Below are positions 21,949 through 31,786 of a stretch of DNA of 64,000 nucleotides, one piece after another. Under the pieces are notes generated by a model. That model had not been told where the DNA came from. It ran no database searches and was given only the letters and a program-made list of their open reading frames with translations. The translations under genes were made by a program, and so were the position numbers. Numbering within the stretch: the first letter of the stretch is position 1; every line of letters begins with the position of its first letter. Source of the stretch: Patescibacteria group bacterium (lineage in GTDB: Bacteria > Patescibacteriota > WWE3 > 2-01-FULL-39-13); contig JASNYX010000002.1 in NCBI GenBank assembly GCA_048499955.1, positions 68,513 to 132,512 on the forward strand, given 5' to 3'.

Positions 21949-22884
21949 TTATAATACCAACCCAACATTTGTATACCAAATACCCAAAATTGCAAACACT
22001 AGAAGCAAAACGTGCAATGCGGTATGACCGGAAACTCTAAAAACTCCGGACACTTTGGCATAATACCCATCAATTAAGAATAATCCGGTTAAAAACAAAC
22101 CTAATATCAAAGCAATATATCTTGATGCACTAAAAACATCTGAGCTATTTAATACACTACCTTGATCAGTGATAAAAGATTGAGTGGGAAGATCTTCCGC
22201 TATATTAATTTGATCCAAAATTACAGTTTCTACAGGAACTTCCTCAGGCTGCGATAAATACGATTCTTCAACAACGACGTCATCAGTAATCTTAGAAATC
22301 TCAGGTACTCCGGAGTTTTCGATTATAGGAACATTTTTCGGTTGACCAAACATCTGCACAACCAACGTGGTTTTTCGTCCATGAAGCTCCCCGTTAACAA
22401 TAGCAAATCCGACTTCCGTGTAGTTCTGACTAAGTAGATTGGATTTATGTGAGGGCGAATTATACCAAGCATTAACTACACTTTTGGAATTAGCGAAATC
22501 AACTGCTAAGTTTTCCCCTGCAAACGTATATTGGTATCCGGCCGAACGTATAAAATCCCAAGGCTCTTTGCCTGAGGGAGAAGTATGTGCCCAATAATCA
22601 TGTGTAAACATATCTTCTGCTTTCTTTTGTGCAGCTGTATTAAGCTTGGAACTTATTTTCAAATCTGTGAGTCCAGCATCCTTTCGTCTTTCATTCGTAT
22701 GCTTCAACAAGTCTCCCTGACTAATATTAGTAGCAAATCCAAGAATATTGGTGAGTGGATATGTTAGAACCGAAGTAGACAGAATAAAAAGCATTAAGAA
22801 TACGCTGTACCCTAATAGAGAATGTGATCTTAGTAATACTGATCTTTTCTTATCTTCTTTTGCAGGAATAAGTAGATATATCAT
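21949..22884 (-). CDS. CAP (SCP/PR-1) domain membrane protein
   Basis: TNERR, AAQKKAEDM, YWAH, AGENLA, WYNSPSHKSNLL, EVG motifs; N- and C-terminal TM helices. Confidence 0.9.
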   Translation of the reverse strand: MIYLLIPAKEDKKRSVLLRSHSLLGYSVFLMLFILSTSVLTYPLTNILGFATNISQGDLLKHTNERRKDAGLTDLKISSKLNTAAQKKAEDMFTHDYWAHTSPSGKEPWDFIRSAGYQYTFAGENLAVDFANSKSVVNAWYNSPSHKSNLLSQNYTEVGFAIVNGELHGRKTTLVVQMFGQPKNVPIIENSGVPEISKITDDVVVEESYLSQPEEVPVETVILDQINIAEDLPTQSFITDQGSVLNSSDVFSASRYIALILGLFLTGLFLIDGYYAKVSGVFRVSGHTALHVLLLVFAILGIWYTNVGLVL

Positions 22885-22893
22885 TACAGGGAA

Positions 22894-23244
22894 TTAGTTA
22901 CGGAATTTAGGCTGTTGCAATAATCTCCTAAAAGCAAGTTCCTCTAGACGTCCTCGGGTTTCCGCCTCATTTTCACTATCTTTAGCTTTTTTTAACATTA
23001 AATCAGCCTTGGGCCACGCAATAATCCAAAAAAGCAGGATAAATCCGACACCAAATGCCACAATGAATATTTTAAAAAGTTCCCAAAGACTTGGCTCTTT
23101 GCTAATCAAAAAAACTAGTAACGCTACGGTGAATAACAAGATTGAAGTTATCAGGTTTCTAATTTCTATACTGACAAAAGTAAATCCTGATATCCGAATA
23201 TGTAGAAGAACAAAAATGTTTTCAAGTGATCGAAACGTACTCAT
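22894..23244 (-). CDS. Hypothetical membrane protein
   Basis: 116 aa, two TM segments, fills the gap between genes; TAAAAT 8 nt upstream. Confidence 0.5.
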   Translation of the reverse strand: MSTFRSLENIFVLLHIRISGFTFVSIEIRNLITSILLFTVALLVFLISKEPSLWELFKIFIVAFGVGFILLFWIIAWPKADLMLKKAKDSENEAETRGRLEELAFRRLLQQPKFRN

Positions 23245-23304
23245 GTAAGCCTATTTTACACTCTATATCTAACGTTTCAATGGAAATAATTATGCCTGAC
23301 CCGA

Positions 23305-24603
23305 TTATTTCAGATGCCAATAAAGAGACATTTTATCGTCATCATGAAAAATGAAAACTCCGTTACCCCCATCCCCTAAGCAATTTCGACAAAAATAGGC
23401 TTCACCGTCAGCAATTGACCTAATTGAAATATTACCAATGCCCACCATATCAAGGGCAGGGTGAGGTTTACCTCCGTACATCCAGTTATAGCAGGTGTTA
23501 CTGCCAAAGTTTTGAGTGATTCGCGGGCTCGACATGGGCCAACTATACTTCCCTTTTCCGGATGTTTGGGTTCCTTTTGGATCACGGCTACAACCCGTGT
23601 CCCATACTATGCTTTTAGATTTTAGATATTTAAGTGGATCAAGGTAATTACTGTGATACCAACCCCAACTGGATTTCTTTTCAAAGTCTTCCCGACTGTA
23701 AGAATAAATGGAAAAATGAAGGTGGGCACCGGTTGAAAAACCTGAGTTGCCCATAGTGCCGACAATCTCGCCTTCTTCGACCTCAACGCCTTTACCTTCC
23801 CTAACAACAATATTTGCTGCACTTTGAATTTGTGAAAGCTCTTTTTTCGCTGACTCCAAAAGATCCTGATATCTTTTCTCATCATTTTTTGTAACTCTGA
23901 GCAGATCATCCTTAGAAGATTTTTGGTGTGCCAGATTTTCTCTTAGTTCTACTGCCTGAGCCTTTTTAGCCTCAATGCTTTTCTTTAATATTTCCACTTC
24001 CTGTTTTTTATCCTCAAGCAAATCCTGCTGGCTCTCATAGTTATCTTTAGTAACGTTCATCTTGGCAATGATTTCCTTATCTTCTGCCTGTACCCGTTTA
24101 AGGTAAGTAATACGTGAAATGAAGTCGCCAATAGTGTCGGTACTCATAAGAACCTCAATAAATGTCTGCTGTCTGTTCTTGTATTCTTTTTTGAGCCTCT
24201 CAGCCAAAAGCTTTTCGTGCGTATCAATAGTTCCATCGAGTCGGGAAAGCCTGATTTCCAACAAACGAATATCTTCTTTAAGTAGGGTCAGTTCCTCTTC
24301 TTTTTGAATTACCTGAAGCTCGGCCTGAGCAATCTGTACTGTCTTCAGATTTATATTATTTTCAATGATATCTATATCTCGTGAAAGGCTGGAAGCTTTA
24401 TTTTTCGCACTATCCAGTTTCGCTTCAAGTTCACGTACTCGTTTTTCCAGGTCTTCAGTCTGGGCTTCCGTTGCCGACAAAACGTCCGTTGCCTCATAAT
24501 TCATCACCAACGGCAATGTCAGAAAAATAAAACCTGCAATACATAGGAACTTAATTATTTTAGTTAGTTTTTTTTTGGAAAAATCAGATTTGGTGATTCT
24601 CAT
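23305..24603 (-). CDS. Coiled-coil M23/LytM peptidase (EnvC/CwlO position) with circularly permuted catalytic domain
   Basis: N-terminal TM, long coiled coil, GNSGFSTGAHLHF precedes WP..RITQNFG, HPALD and terminal YWHLK; directly downstream of ftsEX. Confidence 0.85.
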   Translation of the reverse strand: MRITKSDFSKKKLTKIIKFLCIAGFIFLTLPLVMNYEATDVLSATEAQTEDLEKRVRELEAKLDSAKNKASSLSRDIDIIENNINLKTVQIAQAELQVIQKEEELTLLKEDIRLLEIRLSRLDGTIDTHEKLLAERLKKEYKNRQQTFIEVLMSTDTIGDFISRITYLKRVQAEDKEIIAKMNVTKDNYESQQDLLEDKKQEVEILKKSIEAKKAQAVELRENLAHQKSSKDDLLRVTKNDEKRYQDLLESAKKELSQIQSAANIVVREGKGVEVEEGEIVGTMGNSGFSTGAHLHFSIYSYSREDFEKKSSWGWYHSNYLDPLKYLKSKSIVWDTGCSRDPKGTQTSGKGKYSWPMSSPRITQNFGSNTCYNWMYGGKPHPALDMVGIGNISIRSIADGEAYFCRNCLGDGGNGVFIFHDDDKMSLYWHLK

Positions 24604-24626
24604 GGCAGGAATATAGATTGCTTATG

Positions 24627-25508
24627 CTAGTAGTCGATGTATCTGCGGGTAGCAAAGTAACTACTTACAAAGGCAAGGAATCCCGCAAAAATAAATTGAA
24701 CCAACATACCACTTAAGATAACTTCCGGACTCATTCTAAAAATCGAGTCATCTCTACTGACTAACTTCATAACATCATTATATTTAAAAAACAAGACAGC
24801 ACCCCAAATCAACGATGAAATCGCCACAGAGGCAAAAGCCATTATAAAGCTTTGCATAATATACGGGGCTTGAACATACCAATTATTGGCACCAACTAAT
24901 TTCATAATAATTATTTCGGACTTGTGTGCATAAATTGTCATACCTATCGCCAAAGTCATTACCAACATGGTTGATATAGAGAATATTACAAGCAGCACAA
25001 TACTAATAACCTGTATTCCAAATACCACCTTACTTAGTACATCTAGAGATTCCCGAGGATCATGAACTTCGTCAATTGCCGCACTTCTCGACTTCAACGC
25101 TTCAACAACCATAGGAACCTCACCCAATGAGTCCGCTTTGATATTTAAATGCGCAGGAAACGGATTAGATGTAACAGAAGCCGTTATATCTTCCCTATCC
25201 CTATTGTCTTCCAGAAATGACCTCATAGCTTCCTCTTTGGAAATATAGCGGATTTCATGGACAAACTCCTCTGCTTCAAGCTCTCTTTTTATTTGTAAAA
25301 TTTGGGCTTCATCAACTTCATCTTTGAAAAACCCTATAACCTCAGGTTTTTGAACAAGGAATTTCACAACATTATGAGAAGTAAAAATGACCGTAAGCAA
25401 CATACCTAACGCAACAAAAGTTATTACCATCATAAAAATAATAGCGTAACTTCGCCATCCGCTTCTTTTTATATTCGTAAAAGTTCTGGACCAGAGTGAA
25501 TTACTCAT
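24627..25508 (-). CDS. ftsX: Cell division permease FtsX
   Basis: YISKEEAM, NPFP, EIIIMKLVGA..WYVQAPY; follows ftsE; AAGGAGG precedes ATG at 25508. Confidence 0.9.
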   Translation of the reverse strand: MSNSLWSRTFTNIKRSGWRSYAIIFMMVITFVALGMLLTVIFTSHNVVKFLVQKPEVIGFFKDEVDEAQILQIKRELEAEEFVHEIRYISKEEAMRSFLEDNRDREDITASVTSNPFPAHLNIKADSLGEVPMVVEALKSRSAAIDEVHDPRESLDVLSKVVFGIQVISIVLLVIFSISTMLVMTLAIGMTIYAHKSEIIIMKLVGANNWYVQAPYIMQSFIMAFASVAISSLIWGAVLFFKYNDVMKLVSRDDSIFRMSPEVILSGMLVQFIFAGFLAFVSSYFATRRYIDY

Positions 25509-26187
25509 ATCGACCTCCTTGAACATCATGAATCACTTTTCCTTTTTCAATATGTATAACTCTTTTTTTTAGTGTGTTAACGATCTCCGTGTCATGTGTG
25601 CCGAATATAATTGTGGTTCCCCAATCATTAATTTTCTTTATTAAGTCAACGACAACCCAGGTCGAGGCTCGATCAAGGTTTCCTGTAGGCTCATCGGCTA
25701 AGAGAATTTTGGGCTCATGTGCCAATGCTCTTGCTAAAGCCAAACGTTGTTTTTCCCCACCAGATAAAGCACCCGGAAATTTATTTTCCTTTCCACCCAA
25801 ACCAACCATTTGAAGCAAATTCGTGACAACAGCATTAACATGGTCTTGCGGCTTTCCTACGACATAGAGGGATAATGCAACATTTTCAAATACATTATTT
25901 GAATCCAATAGTCTAAAATCCTGATAAATAAATCCGACCTTACGTCTTAAATTGGGAAGATTTCGCTTCTTTAAGTTAACGACATTATCACCATCGACAA
26001 TAACATCACCGGTTGTCGGAAGCTCTTCTCTAACTATATGTTTCATAAGAGTGGTTTTCCCGGCTCCGGAAGTTCCAATTAGAAATATAAACTCTCCGGG
26101 TTCGATGACCAGATTAATATCCTCTAGTCCTTTGGTACCATCAGGATAATCCTTATTGAGATTTCTGAATTCTATTATTGACGACAT
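25501..26187 (-). CDS. ftsE: Cell division ATP-binding protein FtsE
   Basis: GTSGAGKTT, QDFRLL, LSGGEKQR, LADEPTGNLD, THD. Confidence 0.95.
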   Translation of the reverse strand: MSSIIEFRNLNKDYPDGTKGLEDINLVIEPGEFIFLIGTSGAGKTTLMKHIVREELPTTGDVIVDGDNVVNLKKRNLPNLRRKVGFIYQDFRLLDSNNVFENVALSLYVVGKPQDHVNAVVTNLLQMVGLGGKENKFPGALSGGEKQRLALARALAHEPKILLADEPTGNLDRASTWVVVDLIKKINDWGTTIIFGTHDTEIVNTLKKRVIHIEKGKVIHDVQGGRYE

Positions 26188-26248
26188 AAATTCGACCTAA
26201 TACTTCCGGCGCTGACTATATCTAAATCAGGGCAGGAAAACAAGCACA

Positions 26249-26791
26249 TCACTTTAATTTTACAGACTTAACATGAATTACATCAAGACCATTATATTTA
26301 CCTCGTATATCACCATATATTTCTACCATATATCCTTGAGACAAACTCAAATCATTCTGCTCCGCATATAAGTAAGCCACAGCCTGATTATTCCTGTCTA
26401 ATAATTTAAACTTATACTCTTCCATGTCCGCCAATCCATTTGATATTATTTTTCCGCTGAAATTATTTGATAATGTCTGCTCATCAGGTAAGTATATTAC
26501 CCCTTGGTATGTGTCTGAAGTAGGTAAAATCTCAACTTCTTCAATAGTTGGGGATCGATACGAAAGGATAAAAATAACGGAGGCAATCAAGAAAATTATT
26601 AATGCTACGATGTAAATTCTGGATCTAACCTTGCCGATGTCGACTGTCGAATCCTGATTGGGATCAAAAGGAACGTCCATTTCCAGGAGCTTTCCGGTGT
26701 TAGCAAGTGATTCTAATTTCTGTTCGCTACTAAGTTTATTAAGGGATGTTTCCGCATTCTCTGCGGAATTTATATTTTTGCTATTGGGCAT
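26249..26791 (-). CDS. Hypothetical single-TM protein with small beta-rich C-terminal domain
   Basis: 180 aa, one TM helix, alternating beta pattern at C-terminus; TATACT upstream. Confidence 0.55.
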   Translation of the reverse strand: MPNSKNINSAENAETSLNKLSSEQKLESLANTGKLLEMDVPFDPNQDSTVDIGKVRSRIYIVALIIFLIASVIFILSYRSPTIEEVEILPTSDTYQGVIYLPDEQTLSNNFSGKIISNGLADMEEYKFKLLDRNNQAVAYLYAEQNDLSLSQGYMVEIYGDIRGKYNGLDVIHVKSVKLK

Positions 26792-26869
26792 GGCAGTTGA
26801 TGTAAGTATACCAGAACAAATCGAGCGGTTTCCGCCTAAGATTTATAAATCCCTTAGCACGGACGGGCT

Positions 26870-27880
26870 CTACTCAAAACCTACTGACAGATTTGATTTT
26901 AAGAACTCCTCTATTTCTCCATCTAAAACAACATCTACGTTACCTACTTCATATCCGCTTCTATGATCCTTTATCAATTTATATGGCTGAAGCACGTAAG
27001 ACCTTATCTGATTTCCCCAGCCTGCTTCCTTATAAACTCCTTTAAGTTTCATTTCGGTTTCTTTCCTTTTCTGCTCTTCAAGTAACACTAGCTTAGCCAT
27101 AAGCATACGCATAGCAATTTCCCTGTTCTTAAACTGGCTCCTTTCCTGCTGAGAGGCGACGACTATACCAGTCGGGATGTGCTTGATACGCACAGCGGTT
27201 TCCACTTTATTAACATTTTGGCCGCCGGCACCTCCGGATCTTGTGGTTGAAAATTCTATGTCTTCATCTTTTATTTCAATTTTCTTATCAGATTCATCGA
27301 TTAGTGGCATAACTTCTACACCTGCGAAAGATGTTTGCCTAAGGTTCTGAGCATTAAATGGGGAAAGACGAACAAGCCTATGAGCTCCTGATTCATTTTT
27401 AAGAAAACCATAGGCATATAGACCTTCAACCTGTACTGTAACTGTTTTTATTCCGGCTTCCTCCCCATCCAGTTTGTAGATAGTTTCGTACTTCCAACCT
27501 TTTTTTTCAAAATAACGAGTGTACATTCTTAAAAGAATAGAAACCCAATCCATGGCTTCCGTTCCGCCGGCTCCGGCGTGAATAGTTAGATAAGCTCCGC
27601 CTTTATCGTATTCGCCAGACAGATAAAGACTTGTCTCTAAGTCTTTTAGAGTTTTTTCAATTTCTGATTCATTTCCTTCAGAAATAAGCAAATCAAGAAA
27701 CTCAATATTTTCGAGAACTTTCTTTAATGCCGACAATTCCTGGCTAAGAGTAGCACCACGATTATAATCAGACCAAAAAGCAGGGCTTTTCATTTCATTC
27801 TCAATTTCCTCAACTCTGGATTTAATTGTTTCTTCTTTTAAAGAAGTCTTTACCTTTTTTATTCTTTCATCAATTTCCAT
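26870..27880 (-). CDS. prfB: Peptide chain release factor 2
   Basis: [18 protein letters not shown] (SPF), [16 protein letters not shown]; continuous ORF without an internal stop. Confidence 0.95.
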   Translation of the reverse strand: MEIDERIKKVKTSLKEETIKSRVEEIENEMKSPAFWSDYNRGATLSQELSALKKVLENIEFLDLLISEGNESEIEKTLKDLETSLYLSGEYDKGGAYLTIHAGAGGTEAMDWVSILLRMYTRYFEKKGWKYETIYKLDGEEAGIKTVTVQVEGLYAYGFLKNESGAHRLVRLSPFNAQNLRQTSFAGVEVMPLIDESDKKIEIKDEDIEFSTTRSGGAGGQNVNKVETAVRIKHIPTGIVVASQQERSQFKNREIAMRMLMAKLVLLEEQKRKETEMKLKGVYKEAGWGNQIRSYVLQPYKLIKDHRSGYEVGNVDVVLDGEIEEFLKSNLSVGFE

Positions 27881-27908
27881 AAGTTTTTGATCAATAAATT
27901 GGGGACAT

Positions 27909-30440
27909 TTATTCTAAAGTATCGAGCTGATAAGAGTCTCCGGGCTTAATTTCACCGGAAATGATTAAATTTGCAATCCGAGTTTCAAGATCTTGTTCTA
28001 TCACTCTATTTAACGGCCTAGCTCCCCATTCTCTTGAATAGCCTTTTGCAGCAATTTCTTTAATTAGGTTTTTGCTGAACATAAGATTAATATGTTTTTC
28101 CTTTAGTCTCTGTGCCACTAAATTAACTTTGATATGTGCAATCAGCTCCATTTGTTCCGGAGTTAACGGATAAAATGGTATTAATGCCGAAAACCTGTTT
28201 AAAAACTCGGGAGGATAAAACTCTTTCAAAGACTCAAGTCCAATTGCAATTGCTTGTTCGGGAGTAGCTCCTTGATCTAATGATTTAACCATTTCCATGG
28301 TTCCTGCATTTGAAGTCATAATTATAAGATTATTTTCAAAATTCACCGTATACCCTGTAGCATCTGTAAGACGGCCATCATCCAAGACCTGCAAAAACAG
28401 GTTGAAAATATTACGATCGGCTTTTTCAATCTCGTCTAATAGTATCAAGCTATACGGATGAGTCTTAACCTGAGAAGTGAAAGTTCCGACACTATTTCCT
28501 CCTGCTCCAATCAAGCGGTTGATACTATCTTGCGTTTGAAACTCACTCATATCAACTCGAACCATGTACTCTGCAGATCCAAAATAAAGGTCGGCCAATG
28601 CCTTTGCGGTTTCAGTTTTCCCAACTCCGGTCGGGCCAAAAAATAAGAAGCTGGCAATAGGTTTACCCTCAGCCCTGACACCAACACGAGCACGCTTTAA
28701 GGCATTTGAAATTTGCGTTACGGCCATATCCTGTCCGATCACTCTTAAATGCAGATTCTCCTCAAGCTGCATAAGCTTGTCCTTTTCATCTTCAGTTATA
28801 GATTTTGCAGGAACCTTTAGTGCAACCGAAATTGCTTCTGCTACCGTGTTTTTATCAAGCACTCTTGTCGAGGGGCTTAAAGAGCTTAAAGCATTCATTA
28901 ATAGCTGAATACCTTTGTCGGGAAACGCACGATCATATATATATCTTTTCGCTAGATCATAAGTTAAATCTAATGAAGGGTAACTTACAATCAATCCTTT
29001 GGATTCCATACCTCTTACCAAATGAACCATCATCTCAATAGTTTCAGACTTGGTAGATTCACGCATTTCAACAATATCAAACGAATTTGCAAATGACTGG
29101 TCTGTCGCAATATATTTTTCGTATTCCTGTCTGGAAGTAGTACCGATAAACTGGAACTTACCTGAAGATAAACTATTATTCAAAGCTTCCATAATAATTG
29201 AACCGCTTTTATCGACGTTCAATAGGTTATGTATATCATCAATAAATAAAATGATATTTCCTGAGGCGGAGATCTCTCTTAACAGTAAGCTCATCCTCCG
29301 AGCAGTTTCTGCAGTACCTCCTGAAATTATTTCTGCTACATTCAAAGAAATAATTCTTTTATACTGCAAGGCAGGAAGTGAAGTACCAAGTGCAATCTCG
29401 CGTGCAAGACCTTTTACAAAAGTTGTTTTACCTGTACCGGATCTCCCTACTAGCATAACGTTGTTCTTGCTCCCTTTGCTTAACACACGAACAACCTGAG
29501 TCTTCACATCATCTCTCCCGATTAATTTAGGCATATACCCTTTTAATGCCGCTTTAGTATAGTCTTCCCCATATCTATTTAAATTTGCTGTATAAGATAC
29601 TGCCCAGCCTTTATCAATTCCGCCTGAGGGCGGTATCTGGAAATCTTTATCCCAAATTTGAGGATGACGATTTTTCAAAACTCGGACCTGATTAACTGCA
29701 CCGATTACCTGTTCCGTAGTTGAGGAGTATTTACCTAAAAATGGCTCATGTTTTTCTACTGCAAGTATTAACGATGCAAGTATAAGTTCATGTGAAACTA
29801 ACTTTAGTTTTACTTCATTATTAATTTCCAACATCGACGCGGAAAAAATCTGGTTATCCATTTTACCTGCACTTGAATACAAATGATTCAAAATTTGTTC
29901 AGCCGGTAGTTCAAGCCTTAAGAAGAAATTTACGGTTTCATGTTTTTTGGACAAACTTACAACCAAATCCGTGAATTTGCTCTCAAAAGCCAAGCTAAGT
30001 AGCATCCGCATATAGATATCCCCGGCAAGATGATACTGAGACAAATCTAAATAATTATCGATAAGTGAAATAGGATGATAATAGTAGCTGTAAACTTTTA
30101 GCAGAACAATTACGAGTATGATTAGTGCGGCATATGCAAAATATCCTTTAAATATCAGGATTGCAGGCAAAGCAAATACACCAATAAACCCTAACAATAA
30201 AGCAACGGATGCAAGTACAAGTACAACAATAGAAAGTGTAATCGTTAATGTTCGTATCACGACCCCGTTGATCCTGGAAAATACACCCGGGAAACCGAAT
30301 AACGGTTTAAAGAAACTTCTAACCATCACTGATAAACCGAAGTTTTGGCTCAAGAGCACTAACGATCTATATATAACCGTTGCTAAATCCCTGGGGAATT
30401 CGTATGTAAAAAATTTGACCAGATATGTTCCGAGATCCAT
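27909..30440 (-). CDS. ClpA/B/C-family AAA+ ATPase with N-terminal transmembrane region
   Basis: Two AAA modules: GRSGTGKT / LFIDDIH / RAFPDK and GPTGVGKTE / DMSEF / LLDEIEKA / DDGRLTD / GARPL; hydrophobic residues ~65-120. Confidence 0.9.
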   Translation of the reverse strand: MDLGTYLVKFFTYEFPRDLATVIYRSLVLLSQNFGLSVMVRSFFKPLFGFPGVFSRINGVVIRTLTITLSIVVLVLASVALLLGFIGVFALPAILIFKGYFAYAALIILVIVLLKVYSYYYHPISLIDNYLDLSQYHLAGDIYMRMLLSLAFESKFTDLVVSLSKKHETVNFFLRLELPAEQILNHLYSSAGKMDNQIFSASMLEINNEVKLKLVSHELILASLILAVEKHEPFLGKYSSTTEQVIGAVNQVRVLKNRHPQIWDKDFQIPPSGGIDKGWAVSYTANLNRYGEDYTKAALKGYMPKLIGRDDVKTQVVRVLSKGSKNNVMLVGRSGTGKTTFVKGLAREIALGTSLPALQYKRIISLNVAEIISGGTAETARRMSLLLREISASGNIILFIDDIHNLLNVDKSGSIIMEALNNSLSSGKFQFIGTTSRQEYEKYIATDQSFANSFDIVEMRESTKSETIEMMVHLVRGMESKGLIVSYPSLDLTYDLAKRYIYDRAFPDKGIQLLMNALSSLSPSTRVLDKNTVAEAISVALKVPAKSITEDEKDKLMQLEENLHLRVIGQDMAVTQISNALKRARVGVRAEGKPIASFLFFGPTGVGKTETAKALADLYFGSAEYMVRVDMSEFQTQDSINRLIGAGGNSVGTFTSQVKTHPYSLILLDEIEKADRNIFNLFLQVLDDGRLTDATGYTVNFENNLIIMTSNAGTMEMVKSLDQGATPEQAIAIGLESLKEFYPPEFLNRFSALIPFYPLTPEQMELIAHIKVNLVAQRLKEKHINLMFSKNLIKEIAAKGYSREWGARPLNRVIEQDLETRIANLIISGEIKPGDSYQLDTLE

Positions 30441-30449
30441 GTGTTTGCC

Positions 30450-31553
30450 TTAGCTGGCAGGACTGTTTGTTATGGATTTACGCAATTTTTCGTGAACCAC
30501 ATAAGGGTTACTTTCGATAATACTTTGACCGTAAAGCTCCATTGGACCAACATCTGCCGTCTTTTCCGTTAATTTTCCTCTATCCACTATTCTAACAATA
30601 ATCGGCATATGATCCCAGACCTCAGGCGTTTTCAGTAGAGGCTTGAAAATCAAGGATAAGTTGAAACTGGCAACGCCAAGCTCTTCCTTTAAAGTCGTGA
30701 GACTGTCACTAATTAAGTCAGCGAGATTAGTATTTATGTCATTGGCAAGAATCATGATTTCTTTTTCTTTTATCGGAGTAATCTTTACCATGAATCGTGC
30801 CCCATCTTTCTCAAAAGAAAGCCCTAGCTTGTCATGTATGGCAAACACATCATCAAAATAATTGCTGCGATATTTTTCCTGATACTTAAGTGAAAGATAT
30901 CTCAACTGTTCAATCTTTGTATATGCTTGCCCGGTAGCAAGTACAACTTGTGAATGTCCATGAATAATCGAAGCACCCGATTTCCATAGGCAACTCCATG
31001 TATAAAACGGATAAATTGCTTCCTTGTTCGTCTGATGTGCTTTATTAATCCATTTTTTTAATACATCAATGTAGTCCCGCACTCTTTTACGTGAAAATAG
31101 CAAAGGATCGTGAGTATTATTAATAATTAATCCGTGAAGCCCATCGTATTTCGCAATGTTAGAAGCCGTTATACAATATTTACCTTCTATTCTGCCGAAA
31201 GTATCTTCCGGTGTACCCGTTTGCGGATGAGAAAACGGACCTGTTCGTGCATTTTCAATTGCTTCAAGAACACTTCCGAAATCTTTATCGCCTACAACCG
31301 GACGCATCGTTCTTAGCTCATTAAATATCGCACCTTCATAAGTTATGGTATCAGTAATACGAAGAAAATCCTGGGTGGTAACATTTTCAACAGATCCGAA
31401 GTTTGATTCAATCCACGAAATCATTTCTTTAGGAGGAACCAAAGAGCCTTTATTCTCACAGACCCAATAGATCCGCTCGAAAAGCTCTCGATCACTTTCA
31501 CTAAAATTACTTAACTTATTAAGGAAGGTATCTTTAAACCCGTTTTTTATCAT
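30450..31553 (-). CDS. GalT-like HIT-superfamily nucleotidyltransferase
   Basis: SGASIIHGHSQ matches the GAS..HxHxQ motif of galactose-1-phosphate uridylyltransferases. Confidence 0.65.
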   Translation of the reverse strand: MIKNGFKDTFLNKLSNFSESDRELFERIYWVCENKGSLVPPKEMISWIESNFGSVENVTTQDFLRITDTITYEGAIFNELRTMRPVVGDKDFGSVLEAIENARTGPFSHPQTGTPEDTFGRIEGKYCITASNIAKYDGLHGLIINNTHDPLLFSRKRVRDYIDVLKKWINKAHQTNKEAIYPFYTWSCLWKSGASIIHGHSQVVLATGQAYTKIEQLRYLSLKYQEKYRSNYFDDVFAIHDKLGLSFEKDGARFMVKITPIKEKEIMILANDINTNLADLISDSLTTLKEELGVASFNLSLIFKPLLKTPEVWDHMPIIVRIVDRGKLTEKTADVGPMELYGQSIIESNPYVVHEKLRKSITNSPAS

Positions 31554-31786
31554 TGAATATCTTTCAAACTATTTTATCTTGATGATGCGCTATGACCCCG
31601 GCCTCTTAACTATCGGCTTGGGAATAAACTGCTGACTATTACCAAATTCTCGCACAGGGCATGAGAAGATACCACAGGTGTAAACCAACGGTGCTTCATT
31701 TATAGGAAGATATTAGCATTAGAAGCTAAACAGTAGAAGGGCGTTATTAAAAATAACAAACTTATGATTGCAAAACTAATCTACGA

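Noticed and set aside
31651-31661. CGCACAGGGCA resembling the 5' end of a c-di-GMP-I riboswitch
   Set aside because: The following AACC/GNRA stem and GCAAAG elements are absent, and it is on the strand opposite the flanking genes.
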